A stretch of 14,275 nucleotides of DNA from an uncultured archaeon. GTDB taxonomy: Archaea > Asgardarchaeota > Thorarchaeia > Thorarchaeales > Thorarchaeaceae. A program made the translations under genes and the position numbers. This document shows, piece after piece, positions 1-6,122 of this stretch. The notes below the pieces were generated by a model. The model searched no databases. It was not told the DNA's origin and worked only from the letters and a program-made list of their open reading frames with translations. Numbering within the stretch: position 1 is the first letter of the stretch; the number at the start of each line of letters is the position of its first letter. Location of the stretch: positions 1-14,275 of the forward strand of contig CAZPWM010000053.1 in NCBI GenBank assembly GCA_964590575.1, written 5' to 3'.

Positions 1-314
1 GGTCGAATTGTATGAATCATACAGAGATTGTCTTTCAAGAATATACAATCTCCATTCTTCATCTTCTTTAACGCAATATACGCAGGACCTTGCTCAGTGT
101 TTATAGCTGGAAAATCGCGAAGCCCTTCAGGTGGTTCTACACCCGACACCAGATAGAAATCAAAAGCCCTAATCACTTCGTCTGAACCAAGACCCAATCC
201 TGCGGAGATTGAAGCAATATCACTCCCAGTGACAGTGACAAGTATAGTGTCCTCTCGACAACATGCACCGCATTTTTTGCATTCAAACTGGATTCGGTCA
301 CCTTCAGGATTCAC
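1..314 (-). CDS. YkgJ-family cysteine-cluster (CxxCxxCC) Zn/Fe-S protein, 3' end outside window
   Basis: Not in the ORF track; translated by hand. GTG at 314 with GGAGG (323-327) upstream gives MNPEGDRIQFECKKCGACCREDT...KNGDCIFLKDNLCMIHTIRP, containing the FxCxxCGxCC, CxFL and CxIHxxRP motifs. Confidence 0.9.
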   Translation of the reverse strand, partial: MNPEGDRIQFECKKCGACCREDTILVTVTGSDIASISAGLGLGSDEVIRAFDFYLVSGVEPPEGLRDFPAINTEQGPAYIALKKMKNGDCIFLKDNLCMIHTIR

Positions 315-351
315 AAGAAAATCCTCCTGTCGAAGAATCAGACTGATCGGT

Positions 352-1518
352 CTATAGCAGTGTCGGAAGGAATTCAGATAGCAATGTTAGACCCTCTTTT
401 ATTTCAGCCAGATTAGTTGCATAGGAGAAACGAAGGTGGTTATCATATTTCTTACCGAAAGAGAGCCCAGGTGTTGATGTAACACCGGTTTTCTTCAGAA
501 TCAATTCAGCAAGGGTATTACTGCTAAGATTGTACGCTGAAAAGTCGGGGAAAACATAAAATGCTCCCATTGGATTGATGCAATCGATACCTCCCATATT
601 GTTGAACAAACTAGTAATCAAATCACGCCGCTTCTGATACTCATCCGTCATTTTCTTTACGGAACTCTGATCTCCACTCAAAGCCTTGGTCCCGGCATAT
701 TGTACAAAAGATGTAGCACACGATGTCGTATTCTGCTGTATACGGACCATATTGTTGATGGTTTCTTCATTACCTATAGCATAGCCAAGTCGCCAACCAG
801 TCATAGAATAAGTCTTTGAGAAACCATTGATGACCAAAGTGTGTTCCATATTGGGGTCAATCTCTAACATAGATGGTTGTTTGAATCCATCATAAACTAG
901 CATCTCATATATCTCATCGGAGAAGACGACAAAATCATGGTCCACAGCGAGATCATGGATGAGCTTTAATTGTTCTTTGTTAAGAACACCGCCAGTAGGA
1001 TTGTTAGGTGTATTGATTACAAGTGCGGTAACGGTTTTGGAACACTGGTTTTTGAGGGCTTCTTCATCAACCTCATACCCAGGTCGTGTCTTGACATCAA
1101 CAGGCTTAGCACCAACCATTCTTATCAAATCTTGGTAAGTTGGCCAAGCTGGGGATAGGACTAATACATCATCTATTGAATCGATTGTACTGAGAAAACC
1201 CTGAAAGAGGGCCATCTTTGCACCTGGTGTCACAATGATATTTTTAGACCCATCTATTGGAATTCCACGATTAGTATAGTGTTTTTCAATACCATCGAGA
1301 AGAGGAGGTATTCCTCGTGAAGAAGTATATCGTGTAAACCCATGTTCTAGAGCTTCAATTCCCGCAGCAACTACATGCTCCGGAGTTGGAAAATCAGGCT
1401 GACCTACCTCAAAATGGTAGATACGTTTTCCTTCGGCTTCTAGACGTGTTGCTAGCTCAAACATCTTGAGGGTTCCGGAAGCGGGAATCCGCTCCATAGT
1501 ATGAGATGTCCAGTCCAT
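352..1518 (-). CDS. aspC: PLP-dependent class I/II aminotransferase (aspartate aminotransferase-like)
   Basis: Motifs VGQPDF, TPGAK, NTPNNPTG, SDEIY, GFSKTYSMTGWRLG (PLP Lys), GAFYVF and HLRFSYA. Start moved to ATG 1518 (MDWTSH); the ORF track extends to 1557. Substrate not determinable from sequence. Confidence 0.9.
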   Translation of the reverse strand: MDWTSHTMERIPASGTLKMFELATRLEAEGKRIYHFEVGQPDFPTPEHVVAAGIEALEHGFTRYTSSRGIPPLLDGIEKHYTNRGIPIDGSKNIIVTPGAKMALFQGFLSTIDSIDDVLVLSPAWPTYQDLIRMVGAKPVDVKTRPGYEVDEEALKNQCSKTVTALVINTPNNPTGGVLNKEQLKLIHDLAVDHDFVVFSDEIYEMLVYDGFKQPSMLEIDPNMEHTLVINGFSKTYSMTGWRLGYAIGNEETINNMVRIQQNTTSCATSFVQYAGTKALSGDQSSVKKMTDEYQKRRDLITSLFNNMGGIDCINPMGAFYVFPDFSAYNLSSNTLAELILKKTGVTSTPGLSFGKKYDNHLRFSYATNLAEIKEGLTLLSEFLPTLL

Positions 1519-1615
1519 GTGAAACACCACTAGTGGGCAATTGCAGGCGATATTCAAAACGCCTTTGAGGTTTACTCGCAGGCTTTAACCATGTGATAAA
1601 GTCTTTCCTGATGAC

Positions 1616-2440
1616 CTATTTCTTGAAAAGCTGATTTAGTTCCTCGATCTGATGTATTGTTCCTCGTATGATGATTCTATCAAGTAAAGCTTCTCCCAAA
1701 CCAAGAGTGTGCGCAGTTTGCAGATAATCTATCTCCATTGGATCTATTCCAAGAAGACTTGAGCAGAAAGCATCGACTGCAACAGGGTCTGTTCCGACTA
1801 CAACGCCCCCAACATGCTTTGATTGTCCATCCTCTCTGTTTCCAATGACAACATCGGTGAGATCAATCACTGTGAGATTTGGTCTGTATGCTATTAGAAG
1901 GTCCATCAACACACTATCAATAGAGGCATGATAGACACTCTTATCCAACTCGGGTAGAAGTCCAAAGAGATTCTTAATCCCCGCTCCCAGTTTACAGATT
2001 TCTGGTTCAGCCTTCAATGTTGCTACATTAATCAGGAATGCATCATCATGCAGGATTCGAGGCATTTTTCGGTCTTCAAAGTAATGACCTGAGAAGGATA
2101 CTGAAACCATTTCATCATCTGAGAGGTTAACTAATTTTACTCGGTCATTTTCGAAATCAGTATAACCAGAGCGTGTGAACGCATCTTTTGTTGTTCGTAG
2201 TGGGTTATCGCTTTCCACTATACTCACTGGTCCCAGAGACCCGAACATCTGAAGGACTGCTCTAACCATCTCTGCATCAGTGTTTCCCGGTAGGTTTGGA
2301 TCATAGATTGATGGCTTGAGTACAATATGTGCTGTGCTCTTTGGTGGAACGATGGGTATATTCAATTTAGATAATGCGGCTCTCAGTGCCGCTCTAGGAC
2401 TTCTTCTTAGTCCAACTGCAACTTCAGATTTGGACTCCAT
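1616..2440 (-). CDS. DUF362 domain-containing protein (no fused ferredoxin)
   Basis: Motifs IVLKPS, VESD, INVATLK, GIKNLFGL and DPVAVD. ATG at 2440 preferred over TTG 2446. Confidence 0.85.
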   Translation of the reverse strand: MESKSEVAVGLRRSPRAALRAALSKLNIPIVPPKSTAHIVLKPSIYDPNLPGNTDAEMVRAVLQMFGSLGPVSIVESDNPLRTTKDAFTRSGYTDFENDRVKLVNLSDDEMVSVSFSGHYFEDRKMPRILHDDAFLINVATLKAEPEICKLGAGIKNLFGLLPELDKSVYHASIDSVLMDLLIAYRPNLTVIDLTDVVIGNREDGQSKHVGGVVVGTDPVAVDAFCSSLLGIDPMEIDYLQTAHTLGLGEALLDRIIIRGTIHQIEELNQLFKK

Positions 2441-2465
2441 AAGCAACCATAACTAATGTCCAAGG

Positions 2466-2472
2466 CTTTAAG
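2466..2472. promoter_or_regulatory. Putative bidirectional TATA box (CTTTAAG)
   Basis: Central in a 59-bp divergent gap, about 26-28 nt from both ATG 2440 (-) and ATG 2500 (+), which fits leaderless transcripts. Confidence 0.45.
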
Positions 2473-2499
2473 TGAGCCCCTGTGTTCATTATTAAAGAA

Positions 2500-3531
2500 A
2501 TGAAGCTCACAAACGACCAGCGAGAAAGATACTCGCGAATGCTTGCACTCCGCGATTTTTCGGAAAACGACATGGTAACTATAATGAATACGACTGTAGC
2601 TATGTTGGGAGCCGGGGGACTTGGAAGTCCAGCACTCCGGCTTCTTGCAGCCATCGGTTTTGGTAGAATCAGAATCGTAGACCGAGATATTGTTGAGCTT
2701 TCAAACATTCAGAGGCAGACTGTATTCAATACTGAAGATATTGGTAAACCAAAAGCAGAAGCAGCTGCTGATAATCTAGAGCTGATGAATCCAGAGGTCC
2801 ATTTTGATCCAATATGTGTGTCTATTGATGAAGAAAATGTGGTTGATGTACTAAAGGGAGTAGATATTATTATTGATGGACTGGACTCTTTCGAAGCCCG
2901 CAGAGCGGTCAACAGTGCAAGTCTATCACTCAAAATACCATACGTGTTTGCAGGAGCTGTTGAATATTATGCAAACCTGACAACATTCATCCCAGGAAAA
3001 ACCGGTTGTCTACAATGTGTAATGGGAGAAGCTCAAGACAACCCTGAAAACACATGTGCACGGGTCGGAGTTTCACCAACCCTACTTTCTATTGCAGCAT
3101 CAATTGAGGTGAACGAAGCTTTGAAATTAGCCTTGGGGAGAGAGCCAGACTTAGCAAACCGCTTGATGACCATCGATGCAAGCACATTGAGTTTTGATTT
3201 CTTTGACATTGGAAGAGCAGCAGACTGTGATGCATGTTCACAGCCCAAAACAGCACCTGTTAGTAGACAGAATGAGCTTACTGTTACTCAGCTTTGTTCT
3301 CAGAGTTTCAATGTGTCACCTAGAAAATTACAGAAAATTGATCTTGAGTCATTAGCAAAGCAGTTAGACTCCGAATACTCAGTCAAGCGGATGAAGCGTT
3401 TCCTCGTGGTAAACGTTAACAAGGAGATTCGAGTGACAATAATGCCCGGGGGAAATATTGTTGTTAAGGGTGTGACTAGTACAGCCGAAGCGTCCAGACT
3501 CTTTCGAGAAATTATTGGTGATGTAAACTAA
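2500..3531 (+). CDS. moeB: ThiF/MoeB/HesA-family adenylyltransferase (E1-like) with C-terminal extension
   Basis: Motifs RYSR, GAGGLGS, DRDIVELSNIQRQ, GKPKAEAA and DGLDS; Zn pairs CLQC and CDAC; catalytic-loop Cys in TCARVGV; C-terminal LCSQSFNVSP domain. Exact pathway (Moco, thiamine, SAMP activation) unresolved. Confidence 0.9.
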   Translation: MKLTNDQRERYSRMLALRDFSENDMVTIMNTTVAMLGAGGLGSPALRLLAAIGFGRIRIVDRDIVELSNIQRQTVFNTEDIGKPKAEAAADNLELMNPEVHFDPICVSIDEENVVDVLKGVDIIIDGLDSFEARRAVNSASLSLKIPYVFAGAVEYYANLTTFIPGKTGCLQCVMGEAQDNPENTCARVGVSPTLLSIAASIEVNEALKLALGREPDLANRLMTIDASTLSFDFFDIGRAADCDACSQPKTAPVSRQNELTVTQLCSQSFNVSPRKLQKIDLESLAKQLDSEYSVKRMKRFLVVNVNKEIRVTIMPGGNIVVKGVTSTAEASRLFREIIGDVN

Positions 3532-4475
3532 TCACCGAAGAAGAGCCTTCGAGCTCGTCGGCGTCGTTCATCTTCATCCTCATCGCTATCGGGTGGTGGT
3601 GGAGGTGATGGAGGCTCTGTAATAGGTTCAGGTTCATCGGTTGATTCAATATCAGCTTCATCTTCAATCGACTTACGCTCATATTCATCCGTAGAAAATG
3701 ATGGTGGCGCAGGAATTTCTATTGATTCTGATTCTGGTGCAGGTTCATCAAAAGATATTGGGGGTTCTGCTGATTCTAGCTCAATAGGAGGTGGAAGCTC
3801 AATCTCTTCATCTTCTTCAACAAGCTCTGGGTCATCAGTATCTCGAGTCACCGCTTTTTCATAATCAGCCCAAGTAAACGACGCCCTTTCTTCTGTATCG
3901 GAGGATTCCACTTCTGGTTCCGGTTCGTGTATCACATCACCCTCATGTGGTGCAGTAGATTGTTCGATAATAAGATCAGTAGGCTCAACAAGCTCAAAAT
4001 CAGATGTAAACTCCCGTGGAGGTCCATCTATCGAAAGGGCGTCCATCTCTTCCTCTTCAAGACGACCTACGGCGTCAATACTAATAGAATCAACATCACT
4101 TTCAGATTCAATTAACACCTCAGAAGCTCCAGGTGTCAAGTCTTCAGGAGTAACTTCAAAAGTGGGGTCCGAAAGTTCTTCGAATTCAGAATAGTCCCGT
4201 GAAGAAGAATCCAGTTCATAACCAGATGGAATTTGTTCATCATTTTTGGTTTCATCATGTGGCCTTCTGTCTTCTGCAAAGGTAAGACCTAAATCATCTG
4301 TCAAACAAGACTCACAGCGCTTAGCCGCAGCAACTAATCCGTCGTGGATAAAATCATCCAGACTCTTAGCACGTTTCTCATTTCTTCGGGCCCATTTAGT
4401 AAAACTATCAACCATCCGTAATGAATCACGAACGCCCATCCAGTATTCATCGGATCGTTTCTTCTCTGAATCCAC
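3528..4475 (-). CDS. Hypothetical protein: small helical N-domain with CxxC, long acidic/Pro-rich disordered region, basic-aromatic C-terminal peptide
   Basis: Long open frame. Likely GTG start at 4475 (MDSEKKRSDEYW) after GGTGT; the ORF track starts at 4535. Ends PPSPPPPPDSDEDEDERRRRARRLFFGD. Its stop overlaps the ThiF stop by 4 nt. Confidence 0.8.
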   Translation of the reverse strand: MDSEKKRSDEYWMGVRDSLRMVDSFTKWARRNEKRAKSLDDFIHDGLVAAAKRCESCLTDDLGLTFAEDRRPHDETKNDEQIPSGYELDSSSRDYSEFEELSDPTFEVTPEDLTPGASEVLIESESDVDSISIDAVGRLEEEEMDALSIDGPPREFTSDFELVEPTDLIIEQSTAPHEGDVIHEPEPEVESSDTEERASFTWADYEKAVTRDTDDPELVEEDEEIELPPPIELESAEPPISFDEPAPESESIEIPAPPSFSTDEYERKSIEDEADIESTDEPEPITEPPSPPPPPDSDEDEDERRRRARRLFFGD

Positions 4476-4509
4476 AATTGACACCAAGCTCTGAAGAATC
4501 TGGAATCGG

Positions 4510-4516
4510 AAAAAAA
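4510..4516 (-). terminator. Possible oligo-T (T7) archaeal terminator
   Basis: T7 run on the minus strand about 15 nt after the stop at 4532. Confidence 0.3.
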
Positions 4517-4531
4517 GGTTCGTGTTATGTA

Positions 4532-5050
4532 TCACTTTTTCTTAGAGGTCGGCTTCTTGTCCTTTTCCTTCTTTTTCTTATCTTTCGCTTTGTGTTCTTT
4601 CTCTTTCTGGGCAAGAATCTCTTCAATAAGCTCATCAAAGGTGTGATGTATTTCAGTACGTTTGTACTCATCAAGTTTAGACTCGACTGTTACAACTCTT
4701 GTAGGGATTTTCGCACCAAGATTTTCGCGAATCTCGTTTCTGTATATTGTTTCCAAGTCAGGATCAGGATCTTTTAAAACAATAATCACTGCACTTGCAC
4801 CTTTGAACGTTAAGGACAAGAGAATATCAAGTGCTGCGTGTTTCGGAGACATGAAGACAGCTCGAACTTCTGAACTATCTGTGGAATGTTCAGCAGATAC
4901 AATTCGAATACCATCAACTTTCACAACAGGGTCGAATGTAGAAAGAACTTCCTCTAGTAGTGAATCGTTAGGACCAACTACGGTGATCTTAAAGAGATAC
5001 TTTGATTTTACACTCTGGTGATTGGTTTTTTTAGTCTCAGTTGAAGGCAT
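4532..5050 (-). CDS. Degenerate Ras/Rab-like small GTPase-fold protein (pseudo-GTPase) with polybasic tail
   Basis: By-eye colinearity with Rab: YLFKITVVG (beta1), TFKGASAVIIV (cf. YYRGAxGxxxV), YRNEI, IPTRVV, IHHTFDELIEEIL (alpha5). No GxxxxGK[ST], DxxG or NKxD. Start ATG 5050 preferred; the ORF track extends to 5161. Confidence 0.65.
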   Translation of the reverse strand: MPSTETKKTNHQSVKSKYLFKITVVGPNDSLLEEVLSTFDPVVKVDGIRIVSAEHSTDSSEVRAVFMSPKHAALDILLSLTFKGASAVIIVLKDPDPDLETIYRNEIRENLGAKIPTRVVTVESKLDEYKRTEIHHTFDELIEEILAQKEKEHKAKDKKKKEKDKKPTSKKK

Positions 5051-5190
5051 CCTTTCAAACCCCCGCACCATGTTGTAGTCATTAAGATGGATTACTACAG
5101 TGGCGGCTTGGCAATAGCTAGTATCTAATTTGATGCTGATATGTCTTATGTGCGTTTTCAATAAAGTATCTTTCTAGCTTTGAGCCATAG

Positions 5191-5209
5191 TTTATTAGCC
5201 TTTCAGGAA
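5191..5209 (-). promoter_or_regulatory. Putative BRE-TATA element (TTCCTGAAAGGCTAATAAA)
   Basis: Purine-rich GAAAGG followed by an AT-rich box; 5194-5209 is 15/16 identical to 11982-11997. Confidence 0.5.
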
Positions 5210-5279
5210 ACGAACCCGTCGAGAAGTCCAGTGATTACAAACCCTGAGAAGTTAGCAAGGATTTGATGGAGAGTTATAA

Positions 5280-5648
5280 TTGAAGAATAAGGATCTGTTT
5301 ATAGTCACTATTGGATTCATCATTCTAGGTTTGGGTATTGCACTCTTGAATCTTGGAGAGAGTAGTACATTTTTTATTTTCCCCTTCTTCTTCGCAGGAA
5401 ACCTCGCTCCTATCCTAGTGATTCCAGTTCTTTTTATTATGATGATGTTTTTTTGGTGGGTGAACAAGAATTATGCAGATCATGCTCGTTTAACTCAATC
5501 ACATGAATTAAGACCTGTCTATCTTCGAACGTTTTCAACATGTCAGTTCTGTGGGAATCCTCTTCCTGAAAAAGCAGTGTTTTGTTCGTACTGCGGCAAC
5601 ACTGTCGAACGTAACTCGGAAGATAATGAATCCTTTCAGATTGATTAG
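5280..5648 (+). CDS. Small membrane protein with C-terminal zinc ribbon
   Basis: Two hydrophobic segments flanking FFIFPFFFAG, then CQFCGNPLPEKAVFCSYCG. TTG start preceded by GGAGAG. Confidence 0.8.
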   Translation: MKNKDLFIVTIGFIILGLGIALLNLGESSTFFIFPFFFAGNLAPILVIPVLFIMMMFFWWVNKNYADHARLTQSHELRPVYLRTFSTCQFCGNPLPEKAVFCSYCGNTVERNSEDNESFQID

Positions 5649-5663
5649 GAGTGACTAGATTTC

Positions 5664-6122
5664 ATGATTAGAAGAGTTCGACTGGAAGACCTGGATGATA
5701 TCATGAAGATTGAACGACAAAGTTTTCCAGTCGCGTGGGAATACTCAATTTTCCTCAATATCGGTCTTCAGGGGGGAAAGGTATCGTCAGGAGAATCAGG
5801 ATTACTACTAATGGATGTAATTGAGGAAAATGAAAAAATAATTGGCTACACAGTCTGGGAGATTGATACTCACAAAGCGGAAGGTCATATTCTCAATCTA
5901 GCAATTCAAGTGAATGAACGAAGAAAGGGAAGAGGTAGAATGTTGTTGAGTCATGTAGTCGAACATATGAAAACTAATAGTATTCACACTTGTCGCCTTG
6001 AGGTACGAGAGAGCAACATTGCAGCTAGATTGCTCTATGAGTCGAGTGGGTTTGTGCCCTCTGCTAAGATTCCAGGTTACTACTGGGATGAGGATGGTGT
6101 GATATACACAAAGGTTCTTTGA
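5664..6122 (+). CDS. rimI: RimI/Ard1-type GNAT N-acetyltransferase
   Basis: Motifs IERQSFPVAW, GHILNLAI, RRKGRG, LEVRESNIAARLLYESSGF and GYYWDEDG; GGAGTGA RBS upstream. Confidence 0.92.
   Translation: MIRRVRLEDLDDIMKIERQSFPVAWEYSIFLNIGLQGGKVSSGESGLLLMDVIEENEKIIGYTVWEIDTHKAEGHILNLAIQVNERRKGRGRMLLSHVVEHMKTNSIHTCRLEVRESNIAARLLYESSGFVPSAKIPGYYWDEDGVIYTKVL

Noticed and set aside
3927-5021. Plus-strand ORFs including the hydrophobic 4421-4777
   Set aside because: The Phe/Leu richness is just the reverse complement of the Lys/Glu codons of the minus-strand gene.
5051-5161. N-terminal extension from TTG 5161
   Set aside because: Does not look like part of the domain; the G-domain-like region starts after ATG 5050. 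Treated as leader sequence.
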